A DNA stretch of 64,000 nt from an uncultured Gemmatimonadota bacterium (lineage in GTDB: Bacteria > SM23-81 > DAOVCL01). Position 1 is the stretch's first letter. Each line of letters starts with the position of its first letter. The stretch is taken from positions 1-64,000 of the forward strand of contig CAZVGK010000013.1 in NCBI GenBank assembly GCA_964626665.1, in the 5' to 3' direction. Below, piece after piece: positions 40,232-50,089 of the stretch. The position numbers and the translations under genes were made by a program. The notes below the pieces were generated by a model. The model did no database searches, was not told where the DNA came from, and was given only the letters and a program-made list of their open reading frames with translations.

Positions 40232-41721
40232 TTAGGAAGTTGCTCATAGCTAACCGTGGTGAGATAGCGGTGCGGATTATCAGGGCCTGTAGAGAGCTGG
40301 GCATTCAGATGGTGGGGGTCTATTCCACAATTGATAAATCCTCCTTATGGGTGAGGCTGGCCGATGAATCCGTATGCATCGGGGAGCCACCGCCGGGGGA
40401 GAGCTATCTTAATATGGACCGTATCATTGAGACGACTCAAAAGGTTGGGGCAGATGCCATCCATCCTGGTTATGGTTTCCTCGCCGAGAACCCTGATTTT
40501 GCCCAAAGATGCGAGGAGGCGGGGATCACATTTGTGGGGCCAACATCAAAGGCACTCAGGTTGGTGGGAGACAAGGTGGCAGCCCGCCAAACGATGCAGA
40601 GGGCAGGAATATCCATAATCCCCGGTATGACAGTTGTCGGCAAGAAGGCGGAGGATTTTCGCCAAGCCATAGCCAAGCTGGGTTATCCAGTTCTGGTGAA
40701 GGCCTCACTCGGCGGCGGCGGTAAGGGGATGCGCATTGTGAGGGATGAGAAAGAGCTGGACATGGCCGTAGCCGCCGGGAGGCGTGAGGCGAAGTTCGCC
40801 TTTGGTGATGAGTCGGTCTATCTGGAGAAGTATATTGAGGAGTCGCATCATGTGGAGTTTCAGGTTTTGGCGGATGAATTTGGCAGGGTGGTTCATCTAT
40901 TTGAACGGGAATGTTCTATCCAGCGCAGGTATCAGAAAGTGGTGGAGGAGACCCCTTCACCGGCTCTAACTGATGAGCTACGGAGGGAGATGGGAGAGGT
41001 AGCCAAGCTAGCGATAAAGTCAGCCGGATACACCAATGCGGGGACGGTGGAATTTCTGTTGGACCAAGAGGACAATTTCTTTTTCCTGGAGATAAACGCC
41101 AGGATCCAGGTGGAACATCCGATAACGGAACTCACCACGGGGATAGACCTCGTCAGACAACAGCTCTTAATTGCCTCAGGAGAAAGGTTGACCTTAAGCC
41201 AGGAGGGTATCTCTCCCCGAGGGCATGCTATAGAGACACGGATTTATGCTGAAGATCCCACCAGCGATTTCCTCCCCTCCCCTGGCAAGATCCGATGGCT
41301 TAAGGAGCCCCAGGGCCCTGGGATTAGGGTGGATTCAGGTGTCTATTCAGGTTATGAGGTAACCCCTCACTATGACCCTATACTTGCGAAACTCATTGCC
41401 TGGGGGAAGACAAGGGAGATTGCCAGGAGGAGGATAATCCAGGCTCTGAAGGGATATGTAATTTTGGGGATAACCACCTCCATTGGGTTTCTTATAGATG
41501 TTTTGGAGCATTCCCAATTCGTGGCGGGTAAGACCCATACTAATTTCATTAGCAAAAATATGAAGGGGTGGCGACCAAATGACCAGGCTTTGACCGAGGC
41601 ACTTATCGCCGCGGCCATAGTTTCATCAGAGGCCCCTGCGGCTACCAAGGTCTTAGCCGCTCAAGCTACCTCACCCTGGCAGGAACTGGGCAAATGGGAG
41701 ATGGGCAGTGGTGGAATATAG
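40228..41721 (+). CDS. Biotin carboxylase subunit (MCC alpha-like)
   Basis: ANRGEIA, HPGYGFLAEN, EINARIQVEH. Confidence 0.9.
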   Translation: MIRKLLIANRGEIAVRIIRACRELGIQMVGVYSTIDKSSLWVRLADESVCIGEPPPGESYLNMDRIIETTQKVGADAIHPGYGFLAENPDFAQRCEEAGITFVGPTSKALRLVGDKVAARQTMQRAGISIIPGMTVVGKKAEDFRQAIAKLGYPVLVKASLGGGGKGMRIVRDEKELDMAVAAGRREAKFAFGDESVYLEKYIEESHHVEFQVLADEFGRVVHLFERECSIQRRYQKVVEETPSPALTDELRREMGEVAKLAIKSAGYTNAGTVEFLLDQEDNFFFLEINARIQVEHPITELTTGIDLVRQQLLIASGERLTLSQEGISPRGHAIETRIYAEDPTSDFLPSPGKIRWLKEPQGPGIRVDSGVYSGYEVTPHYDPILAKLIAWGKTREIARRRIIQALKGYVILGITTSIGFLIDVLEHSQFVAGKTHTNFISKNMKGWRPNDQALTEALIAAAIVSSEAPAATKVLAAQATSPWQELGKWEMGSGGI

Positions 41722-42211
41722 GTTCGTCTACGCGGGCAAAACTTATCGGGTAAACGTTGAAGCAGCCACGGGATCGTGGTTGATCAGCATCGATGACGGA
41801 GAGCCTTTAGAGGTTAAGCTAATTTCTTCCTCCCCGTATTGCCTCTCCTTCTCAATGGGGGGTAGGCCCATAACCGCCTATGCCCTGCAAGGGGATGGCC
41901 GGAGGTACATCTCCATAGATGGCGAGTCCTTTTCCTTTGAGTTGGAGAAGAGTAGGGCAAGGAGGGCCCCTGGGGTAGCGGCCCAGGGGGGAGGAAATGT
42001 GGTCAGTTCCCCGATGCCCGGCTTTTTGGTGAAGGTGCTCGTCTCAGGTGGTGACAAAGTAGAGGTAGGGCAAACGCTGGCCATTGTTGAGGCAATGAAG
42101 ATGGAGAATGAGCTGAAGTCACCGATTAAAGGGATAGTAAAGCGGGTAAAATTCGAGGAGGGCAACCAGGTGGACGCCCTCCAACCCATTGTAGAGTTGG
42201 AAGCTGTTTAG
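41708..42211 (+). CDS. Biotin carboxyl carrier protein
   Basis: SPMPG, EAMKMEN. Confidence 0.92.
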   Translation: MVEYRFVYAGKTYRVNVEAATGSWLISIDDGEPLEVKLISSSPYCLSFSMGGRPITAYALQGDGRRYISIDGESFSFELEKSRARRAPGVAAQGGGNVVSSPMPGFLVKVLVSGGDKVEVGQTLAIVEAMKMENELKSPIKGIVKRVKFEEGNQVDALQPIVELEAV

Positions 42212-42477
42212 TCTACGAGTCTAAAAGTCTAATAGTCTAAGAGATTGAGGTCTTTCCATTAGCTATAAGGGATGTTGAGAAGTTTCGCAGAGGTTTTAGG
42301 AAGAAGAAGTCCTAAAAGGGTTTGGATATCATCTGGGAATAACCGAAGGGTTGATCTTTTAATATCACCGTAATTGGAGGACTGGCGTTGCGGGGAGAGA
42401 CAATAAAGATATTGAATTCCCTTTGCACAATGGTGCCCCACCACTTTTAGACTTTTAGACTCTTAAGCTGCTAAGCT
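42210..42477. repeat. Inverted 8-mer arrays (AGTCTAA / TTTAGACT) around a non-coding spacer of about 200 bp
   Basis: AGTCTACG AGTCTAAA AGTCTAAT AGTCTAAG ... TTTTAGACT TTTAGACT CTTAAGCT. Confidence 0.75.
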
Positions 42478-42486
42478 GCTCCCTAC

Positions 42487-43320
42487 ATGCATTTTGTATC
42501 TTTGATCGCCTCCGAACGGAGGAGCGGCAATTCAGATTGCTTGGGGAGATTGGCCCTCAAGGAGGCCTTAGGGAACGGTGCCGGTTCCGGCGAACTGTTC
42601 TATCTAAAGGATTACCAGATCCGGCAATGTCAGGGATGTTTGAGTTGTCTCTTTAAGAGGATGGAGTGCAAGTTAGGAGATGATCTGTATAGGCTCCTGG
42701 GAAAGCTTACCTCGGCAGATGTTCTCCTCCTGGTTGCCCCCACCTATGTGCTCTCCATCCCTGGCTCCCTGAAGCTTCTTTTAGATCGGTATCTGGTTAT
42801 CTACGAGCAATTCAAGGGCCAATGGGGACGCCCGGCAATAAGCGTGGGGATAGCCGCGCTTCCCAATTGGTTCCAATTTCAGGTCCCTCTAATGAACCTG
42901 TTTCTATTGGTTCTGGGGTTTAGGGTGGTGGATAGCTATGTAACTTATGGGGCGGGACAGGGGGGAATCCTCTTGGACGATAACTTGCCCAAAATTTTAT
43001 CCGCGGTCAGAGGGATGTGCCGCAATCCCGTGCCCCCTCCTGTGAAATTCGATTCACAGCTCTCCCCCTTCTGCTCTGGCGACCACTCCACCGTATTTGA
43101 GCGCATTGAGGGTAATCGCTACAGATGTCCCGTCTGTCTGACCCCCTGTGAGCAGCGGCCCGCTGGTTTTTATTTTCGGGGGAAGGACCTGAACAATCAC
43201 CGTTGGACCCCGCCCAGAATCAAAGACCATTTCGACAACTGGATATTAAAAACCGGACCAATGTTTAAAGAGCGGATCAGGGATATATCCAAGAAAAAAA
43301 AGGAGCTGGGGCTAAGGTAG
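42487..43320 (+). CDS. Flavodoxin-like iron-sulfur flavoprotein family protein
   Basis: SERRSGNS, CQGCLSC...C, APTY; C-terminal CPVC. Confidence 0.8.
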   Translation: MHFVSLIASERRSGNSDCLGRLALKEALGNGAGSGELFYLKDYQIRQCQGCLSCLFKRMECKLGDDLYRLLGKLTSADVLLLVAPTYVLSIPGSLKLLLDRYLVIYEQFKGQWGRPAISVGIAALPNWFQFQVPLMNLFLLVLGFRVVDSYVTYGAGQGGILLDDNLPKILSAVRGMCRNPVPPPVKFDSQLSPFCSGDHSTVFERIEGNRYRCPVCLTPCEQRPAGFYFRGKDLNNHRWTPPRIKDHFDNWILKTGPMFKERIRDISKKKKELGLR

Positions 43321-43346
43321 TCCTGGCTTAAAGAAAGGGGTAAAGA

Positions 43347-44129
43347 ATGGGGTATAAAAGCTTGATTGTGGAGATTGCCGACCAGGTAGCCGTGGTGAAG
43401 ATAAATCGTCCCCCGGTAAACGCGATGAATGCCGAAGTGGCCCGGGAACTGGAGGGGGCAATGCATAACCTAAATGACAACGCCGATGTGAGGGTAATCA
43501 TCATTACCGGTGAAGGCAAGGCCTTTGTTGCTGGCGCGGATATTGCGGCTATGTCCAAGTTCAATTCACTCCAAGCAAGGGAGTTTGGGAAGTTAGGATG
43601 TCGTGTGCTTTCCTATATTGAGAATATGGAGGAGCCGGTAATTGCCGCGGTAAATGGGTATGCGTTGGGAGGCGGTTGTGAGATCGCTATGGCCTGTGAT
43701 ATCAGGATAGCCTCCTCCAAGGCGCTCTTCGGCCAGCCAGAGCTGAAGCTTGGGCTTATCCCCGGATGGGCGGGCACCCAAAGGATGTCACGCATCCTGG
43801 GGATTGGCAAGGCGAAGGAGTTGATATTTACCGGCGACTCCATTGATGCTCAGGAGGCTCTCAGGATTGGACTGGTGAACAGGGTTGTTCCCCCTGAGGA
43901 GCTGATGGACGAGGCCCAAAAATTTGCTCAGAAGATGTTAGAAACGGGACCCACTGCCCTTAAGCTGGCCAAGACCGTTATAAATCGGGGTCTTGACTCT
44001 AACTTCACCACTGCGTCATCCTATGAGTCGGAGGCCTTTGGGGTCTGCTTCTCTACCCCCGAGGTTAAGGAGGGGATGCAGGCATTCTTAGAAAAGCGTA
44101 AACCAAAATGGAGTTTATTGAGTTCGTAG
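43347..44129 (+). CDS. crt: Crotonase / short-chain enoyl-CoA hydratase
   Basis: AFVAGADI, GYALGGGCE, FGQPELKLGLIPG. Confidence 0.85.
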   Translation: MGYKSLIVEIADQVAVVKINRPPVNAMNAEVARELEGAMHNLNDNADVRVIIITGEGKAFVAGADIAAMSKFNSLQAREFGKLGCRVLSYIENMEEPVIAAVNGYALGGGCEIAMACDIRIASSKALFGQPELKLGLIPGWAGTQRMSRILGIGKAKELIFTGDSIDAQEALRIGLVNRVVPPEELMDEAQKFAQKMLETGPTALKLAKTVINRGLDSNFTTASSYESEAFGVCFSTPEVKEGMQAFLEKRKPKWSLLSS

Positions 44130-44268
44130 AGTTTATTGAGTCTGTTGAGTTTATTGAGTTTTAGGATGTTGACTCAACGAACTGGGTGAACTCAAAGAAC
44201 TGAGCTAACTCAATGGACTGTGCGGACTCAAAAGACTGTGTTGACTCAATGAACTGAGTAGACTCAAA
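44111..44268. repeat. Empty inverted TTGAG(T/C)/(G/A)ACTCAA array (long imperfect hairpin)
   Basis: About 6 GAGTT/GAGTC units, a spacer of about 10 bp, then about 10 ACTCAA/AACTG units ending at RBS GGAGG. Confidence 0.8.
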
Positions 44269-44280
44269 TGGGAGGTGAAT

Positions 44281-45612
44281 ATGAATTTCGCCGAAAGGCT
44301 GGAGAATGTTTCGATAATTGGTGCCGGCGGTAAGATGGGCAGTGGGATCTCCGTTCTTATCGCCCAGGAGCTGGCCAAGCTTAAGGTCAAGAATAGAGGC
44401 AAGACCTATAGATTAAACCTAATAGATGTTCAGGATGCTGCCCTTGATGGGCTACAGACCTTTATCAAGGCCCAGACGACAAAGTTAGCCGAGAAGTCCA
44501 TCGTGGCCTTGAGATCTGTGTATGCCGATAGGGAAGACCTCGTGGAGAACTGGGAGGTCATCAATGCCTTTGTCGATGACACCTTTTCAATCATTAGGTT
44601 AGGCACCGATTTAAAGATGGCCGAGAAATCCCAATTGGTCTTTGAGGCAATAGTGGAGGATGAAACCATCAAGATCAAGGTGCTCAAGGGGCTCAAGGGG
44701 CTTTGTGGAAGGGAGACATTTTTCCTGACCAACACCTCCTCAATACCCATAGGTTTCCTTGATGAAGAGGCGGGGCTTGGGGGGAGGATAATCGGATATC
44801 ACTTCTACAATCCGCCGGTGGTCCAGAGGCTCGTTGAGGTGATCACCGCCCAGACAACCCACCAAGAGCTTCAGGAGGTTGGTGCAGAGTTAGGGAAGAG
44901 GCTTCGTAAGAAGCTGGTCCCCTCCAATGACATCTCCGGCTTTATGGGGAATGGCCATTTTATGAGGGATGGCCTCTACGGCATTGGTGAAGTGGAGAGG
45001 TTGCAGGGTGAATACTCCCTACCTGGAGCCATTTATCTTATGAACCGCATCTCCCAGGATTTCCTTATCCGCCCAATGGGCATCTTTCAGCTCATCGACT
45101 ATGTGGGGGTGGATGTCTTCCAGTGCATCTTGAAGGTGATGAGGAAGCACTTGAGGGATGATAGCCTACAAAGCGACCTCATCGATCGGTTGGCTGAGAA
45201 GGGTGTGTTAGGTGGCCAAAGGGCTGACGGCTCCCAAAAGGATGGCTCCCTCAAGTATGACCATAACAGGCCAGTAGGGGTCTATGACCCGGGGAAGGGT
45301 GAGTATGTACCAATTGCCGGGAAGTGGCAAAAGGATTTGGATGCGGCAATTGGCCCCCTCCCTGCGGGATTTAGCCCCTGGAGGAAGCTCCTGCGGGAGC
45401 CGGGGAAGGAGGAGAGGCTTGTGGCCTATTTCCGTAATCTGTTCGATGCCCAGACCTTAGGTGCTGAGCTGGCCCGGGGTTATCTCTTGCGCACCAAGGA
45501 GATAGCCAACCAACTTATTGCGGATGGGGTGGCCAACTCAAAGGAGGATGTCAACGCTGTGCTCACCAACGGGTTCTATTGGCTTTATGGGCCGATCAAT
45601 GATTACATTTGA
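44281..45612 (+). CDS. 3-hydroxyacyl-CoA dehydrogenase family protein
   Basis: GAGGKMGSGI, EAIVE, TNTSSIP, HFYNP, PMGIFQLIDYVGVD. Confidence 0.88.
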   Translation: MNFAERLENVSIIGAGGKMGSGISVLIAQELAKLKVKNRGKTYRLNLIDVQDAALDGLQTFIKAQTTKLAEKSIVALRSVYADREDLVENWEVINAFVDDTFSIIRLGTDLKMAEKSQLVFEAIVEDETIKIKVLKGLKGLCGRETFFLTNTSSIPIGFLDEEAGLGGRIIGYHFYNPPVVQRLVEVITAQTTHQELQEVGAELGKRLRKKLVPSNDISGFMGNGHFMRDGLYGIGEVERLQGEYSLPGAIYLMNRISQDFLIRPMGIFQLIDYVGVDVFQCILKVMRKHLRDDSLQSDLIDRLAEKGVLGGQRADGSQKDGSLKYDHNRPVGVYDPGKGEYVPIAGKWQKDLDAAIGPLPAGFSPWRKLLREPGKEERLVAYFRNLFDAQTLGAELARGYLLRTKEIANQLIADGVANSKEDVNAVLTNGFYWLYGPINDYI

Positions 45613-45755
45613 GAGGGTCAGAGAGGAGAGGTCGGTTCCCAGGGGTGGGCAAAACTAGCCGCGTAAGTAGGATCAGGATTTACCTCCTGACCTCACAGGT
45701 AAGAAATCCCTAAAAAGGGGTTTGGCCTCTGCGCACTGTTACGAAGGGAGGAATT

Positions 45756-47003
45756 ATGAAATCGTTCAGCAAGAAGATATTTGTGACTGCTGGCTACAAC
45801 ACCGTCTCGCTGGGCTCCGGGAGAAAGGAGTTTCATCCGAAGGAGCCCAGGCCAGGCATTGAGCATTATATTAAAGAAGCCGGTCAGGGGGCCTTGGCTC
45901 AAATCAACGATCCAGCCAATATCGATGAAGGGGTAATCACGAATTTTATGATGGGCAGGTATAACCGCCAGGGCAACCGGCCCGGGTTCTTCCCAATGAT
46001 TGACCCAGCCTTGCGATATAAACCGGCTACAGGTGTCGAGGGGGCCTGTGGCTCAGGAGGGTTGGGACTCACTGTGGCCTGCAAAACCATACTCGCCGAC
46101 CTCGCAGATACTGTACTTGTAGTGGGATTTGAAGTCCAGAATACGGTGAAGGCGGTCTATGGGGCGGACTATCTCGCCGGAGCGGGTTGGTATGCGGGAG
46201 AGAGGAAGCAGGGCCATGCCCATTTCTTTCCGGCACAGTTCTCGGACAGGGCTGGGGCCTGTTTTGAGAAGTTTGGCAAGGAGAAGGTAAGGGGAGGGAT
46301 GGCCCACTGGTATGTTCAGGCCATAGAGAATGCGCGCAGGAATCCCAAGGCCCAAGAATACCACAACTCCACCAAGGACCTCTATGCTACCGCGATGACA
46401 CCGCCAAACCCAAAGGTTTTCTGTGAGCACATCAATGTATACGACTGTTCGAAGGTCTCTGATGCCGGGAATGCCCTCATCTTCGCCAGCGAGGAAGGGT
46501 TGAAGAAATTGGGCGTCTCTAAGAAAGATGCCGCCGAGGTGATAAGCTGGGGCCAATGTGAGGATGACATTACCAAGCCCCCCCCTGATCTCACCAAGTT
46601 GACCACTTCGGAGAAGGCCGTTAAATTAGCCTATGAGGGGGCAGGAGTTTCCATTGATGACATCGGAGTTCTTGAAGTTCATGATTGTTTTTCCATTAGT
46701 GGCGTATTAGCAATGGAAGCTGTGGGAGCTGCCGGATATGGTGAGGGAGCAAACTTTGTGAAAGAAGGAAGAACCCACATTGATGCCGAACTCCCCACTA
46801 ATGCAACTGGTGGGCTTATGGGATATGGGCACCCGGTGGGCGCCTCAGGGGTAAGGCAGGCGGTGGACATATTGCATCAACTGACGGGTAAGGCCGGCGA
46901 TTGCCAGGTGAAGATCGGCTCCGATCGGCCCTATGGGATGACCATATCGATGGGGGGGAGCGACAAAACGGTGGTGGCAATGGTATTCAGAAAAGCCTCA
47001 TAG
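45756..47003 (+). CDS. Thiolase (3-ketoacyl-CoA thiolase-like)
   Basis: [28 protein letters not shown]. Confidence 0.88.
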   Translation: MKSFSKKIFVTAGYNTVSLGSGRKEFHPKEPRPGIEHYIKEAGQGALAQINDPANIDEGVITNFMMGRYNRQGNRPGFFPMIDPALRYKPATGVEGACGSGGLGLTVACKTILADLADTVLVVGFEVQNTVKAVYGADYLAGAGWYAGERKQGHAHFFPAQFSDRAGACFEKFGKEKVRGGMAHWYVQAIENARRNPKAQEYHNSTKDLYATAMTPPNPKVFCEHINVYDCSKVSDAGNALIFASEEGLKKLGVSKKDAAEVISWGQCEDDITKPPPDLTKLTTSEKAVKLAYEGAGVSIDDIGVLEVHDCFSISGVLAMEAVGAAGYGEGANFVKEGRTHIDAELPTNATGGLMGYGHPVGASGVRQAVDILHQLTGKAGDCQVKIGSDRPYGMTISMGGSDKTVVAMVFRKAS

Positions 47004-47010
47004 GCTTTTC

Positions 47011-47109
47011 TACGACATTCGGATGGTGCAGAAGCTCTTGGGCCATAAGGACGTGAAGACGACTATGATTTACACCAATGTCCTCAACCGTGGACCAGCA
47101 TGCGTTCGG
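47011..47109 (+). pseudogene. intI: Integron integrase C-terminal fragment
   Basis: [33 protein letters not shown] matches the IntI box II end (catalytic His and Tyr, VLNRG tail). Confidence 0.8.
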
Positions 47110-47114
47110 GGGGG

Positions 47115-47198
47115 GAATAGGGGACGGTGGTGCAGAAATTGTCAAACGCTTTCGGCTTGCCCTCCCCTATGTCCTTAATTTCTATTTTTCAGCCTGAC
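47115..47198. repeat. About 85-bp element, three copies (47115, 48781, 52749)
   Basis: AATAGGGGACGGTGGTGCAGAAATTGTC...GTCCTTAATTTCTATTTTTCAGCCTGAC. Confidence 0.85.
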
Positions 47199-48043
47199 CC
47201 CATTGATGACCCGTTAGGTGACGGCGTCTCGTCTATTGGGGCTAAGAGGGTATCTCGCTTTAGGAGACGACTTAACCAGATGGCCCCAACAACTAAAATT
47301 ACGAGACTGAAAGTAACGACTGGCCATGGTAAATGCTCCATTTCTTCCAGCATCTCACGCTTGTATCCCATCCTCGATAGTAACGACATGTAGAGAAACC
47401 ACGAACTGTTTCCCACTGCATGACTAACGATCGAAGGAATGAGAGATCCTGTTCTCATGAATAACCACGCGGACGCAATCCCGAACAGAAACGCCCCTAC
47501 CGCTTGCCATGGGTTTAGATGAAACAGTGCGAATATGGTAGCTGATGCCAGAACTGCTCTTGTTTTCGAGTATCTACCAAGAAAACCCTGGAGCATCCAG
47601 CCCCTAAAATAGAATTCCTCTGCCAAAGGTGCTACGACGACTGCTGCCAAGAATGAGGCGGTGCGATTCTCCCCCATCATACTTTCAAAGAATTTCTGTA
47701 ATGATTCTGGCATGGGTACCATTCCGGCGAGTTCCCCCAGAACAACCGAGGCCCCAAGTGACGCAATTATCAGAGGAAAGACGATTTGACCGGCGATAGG
47801 CTTTAGCGGATAGGAGATTCTCCAAGGTGTTCTCATAATTCGCAGGACAACAAACAGAGTCAGTGCCCAGGCAATAACCTGAACTGCCAGAAATGATGTA
47901 GATGCATCAAGGTCAAGCAAGTGAACAAGTATCCACGCGCTGATAAAGAAGACATAGAAAAGGGCTGAGATTTCTATCGCTTTCTGAATGGTCAGATACT
48001 TTGTGGCCACTTGAGCATTTTCGCTTTGTTGATCCTTGATCAC
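47189..48043 (-). CDS. CPBP (CAAX protease/Abi) intramembrane metalloprotease cassette
   Basis: EEFYFRG, FALFH, H in IVSHAVGN; multi-TM. Confidence 0.9.
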   Translation of the reverse strand: MIKDQQSENAQVATKYLTIQKAIEISALFYVFFISAWILVHLLDLDASTSFLAVQVIAWALTLFVVLRIMRTPWRISYPLKPIAGQIVFPLIIASLGASVVLGELAGMVPMPESLQKFFESMMGENRTASFLAAVVVAPLAEEFYFRGWMLQGFLGRYSKTRAVLASATIFALFHLNPWQAVGAFLFGIASAWLFMRTGSLIPSIVSHAVGNSSWFLYMSLLSRMGYKREMLEEMEHLPWPVVTFSLVILVVGAIWLSRLLKRDTLLAPIDETPSPNGSSMGSG

Positions 48044-48098
48044 ACTGCCCCCCGGTTCTGTGCGGCTATCAACCCGTTCTTGATGCTCTCTGTTCGTC

Positions 48099-48170
48099 GC
48101 CTAACGACCAAGCTCACCTGCCGCTATGAAGCGTAGCGAAACAGCGGTCAGGTGGAGCGATTGGTCATGG
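48099..48170 (-). other. attC-like site
   Basis: Minus strand CCATGAC-CAATCGCTCCACCTGACCGC...GCGGCAGGTGAGCTTGGTC-GTTAGGC. Confidence 0.75.
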
Positions 48171-48614
48171 TAAATGCTCCAAATCATCTAAATCCTTATG
48201 CCTCCCGCTTGCTTTCTTGTTCTTTTTGAGATCGTCAATCGATATGACGTTGACGGATATTCCATCAATATCAACTGTTTCCCGTCGAGAATAACATTCT
48301 GCAAAATCTACTCCAGATGCCCCCGTGATGACCTCTATTCGCACTGGTGGATACCCCATTCGAATCACCTTGTCTTTTCCCAAAAACAAACTTTCTGAAA
48401 TATCACTGTTAGACATACCAAAGTCACAAAACACTTTACTCATCTTACGAGCGTTATCTGGAGTGACGGCTATCCAGACATCCATATCACCTGTTGCGCG
48501 CGGATAACCATAATAACCAACAGCATATCCGCCAACCAGTAAATATTTAACGCCTTGCGAGTTCAGAAGTCTCAAAAAATCTTTGAAGTCTGGATGTAAC
48601 CCTATCTTGTCCAT
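48165..48614 (-). CDS. Nucleotidyltransferase-fold protein (TA-like)
   Basis: YLLVGGYAV..GYPRATGDMDVW, KKASGRHKDLDDL. Confidence 0.85.
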   Translation of the reverse strand: MDKIGLHPDFKDFLRLLNSQGVKYLLVGGYAVGYYGYPRATGDMDVWIAVTPDNARKMSKVFCDFGMSNSDISESLFLGKDKVIRMGYPPVRIEVITGASGVDFAECYSRRETVDIDGISVNVISIDDLKKNKKASGRHKDLDDLEHLP

Positions 48615-48753
48615 ATACCATCCTTCGATTCAATTCGATAGCCTCTAATCGTTCCTGTGCATTTTTAGAAAGCCAGAAAGCCTTTTCATCGTCTATGTCA
48701 TCAAGAGTCCCGACCGACAATATCTTTTTATCGAGCCTCGGCAACTTATCCAT
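48547..48753 (-). CDS. Small partner protein of the nucleotidyltransferase
   Basis: FWLSKNAQERLEAIELNRRMVYG...RLQR; overlaps the downstream gene. Confidence 0.7.
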   Translation of the reverse strand: MDKLPRLDKKILSVGTLDDIDDEKAFWLSKNAQERLEAIELNRRMVYGQDRVTSRLQRFFETSELARR

Positions 48754-48855
48754 TTACTCAAACTCCTTGGTTTTCATGGAGAAATAGGGGACGGTGGTGC
48801 AGAAATTGTCAAACGCTTTCGGCTTGCCCTCCCCTATGTCCTTAATTTCTATTTT

Positions 48856-49709
48856 TCAGCCTGACCCCATTGATGACCCGTTAGGTGACGGCGTCTCGTC
48901 TATTGGGGCTAAGAGGGTATCTCGCTTTAGGAGACGACTTAACCAGATGGCCCCAACAACTAAAATTACGAGACTGAAAGTAACGACTGGCCATGGTAAA
49001 TGCTCCATTTCTTCCAGCATCTCACGCTTGTATCCCATCCTCGATAGTAACGACATGTAGAGAAACCACGAACTGTTTCCCACTGCATGACTAACGATTG
49101 AAGGAATGAGAGATCCTGTTCTCATGAATAACCATGCGGACGCAATCCCGAACGGAAACGCCCCTACTGCTTGCCATGGGTTTAGATGAAACAGTGCGAA
49201 TATGGTAGCTGATGCCAGGACTGCTCTTGTTCTCGAATATCTACCAAGAAAACCCTGGAGCATCCAGCCCCTAAAGTAGAATTCCTCTGCCAAAGGCGCT
49301 ACGACGACTGCTGCCAAGACCATAGCGATGCGATTCCCCTTCATCATACCTTCAAGGAATTTCTGTAATGATTCTGGCGCGGGTATCATTCCGGCGAGTT
49401 CCCCAGAACAACCGACGCCCAAAGTGACGCAATTATCAGAGGAAAAAAGATTCGACCGGCGATAGGCTTTAGCGGATAAGAGATTCTCCAAGACGTTCTC
49501 GCAATTCGCAAGGCAACAAACAGAGTCAGTGCCCAGGCAACAACCTGTACTGCCAGAAATGATGTAGATGCATCAAGGTCAAGCAAGCGAACAGGTATTG
49601 CCACGCAGATACAGAAGACATAGATAAGGGTTGAGATTTTTATCGCTTTCTGAATGGTAGGATGCTTTGCGGTTACTTGAGAATTTTCGCTTTGTTGGTT
49701 CTCGATCAC
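48856..49709 (-). pseudogene. Second CAAX protease copy, frameshifted
   Basis: Duplicate of 47189-48043 with C5 reduced to C4 at 49401-49404. Confidence 0.85.
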
Positions 49710-49851
49710 ACTGCCCCCCGGTTCTGCGCGGCTATCAACCCGTTCTTGATGCTCTCTGTTCGTCGGCCAACTACGGCTTATATGGTTTCCATATATGAAC
49801 CTTATATCTGGCGATTTTGCAGGATAAGAACCCGCGTCATTTCTGGGATTG

Positions 49852-49990
49852 TGAAAGTTAAGGGGTCAGGTCTTGCTTTTTGACCTTCAGGTTTTCCTGC
49901 CTGCCCTTGAATAGAGAAAGTACACAAAGACGATTTATACCTAAGCCTCCTCCAAAGCCGAGAAGAGGAATTCACAAATATGGTAAATGT
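49852..49990. repeat. GGGGTCAGGTCTTG-type element; copy at 54616-54760, related motifs at 50062 and 52569
   Basis: TGAAAGTTAAGGGGTCAGGTCTTGCTTTTTG...GCCCTTGAATAGAGAAAG shared. Confidence 0.7.
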
Positions 49991-50089
49991 CCTCCCTTTT
50001 AGTTGGGACCCTTGCTGAAAAATTATCCCCATAGGCTCTTAACCAAAAACTGATTACAAAAATGGCAAAGAGCAAGACTTGACCTCACG

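Noticed and set aside
47127-47393. Identical 88-aa plus-strand ORFs at 47127 and 48794
   Set aside because: They are antisense to the duplicated CAAX gene and a by-product of the duplication.
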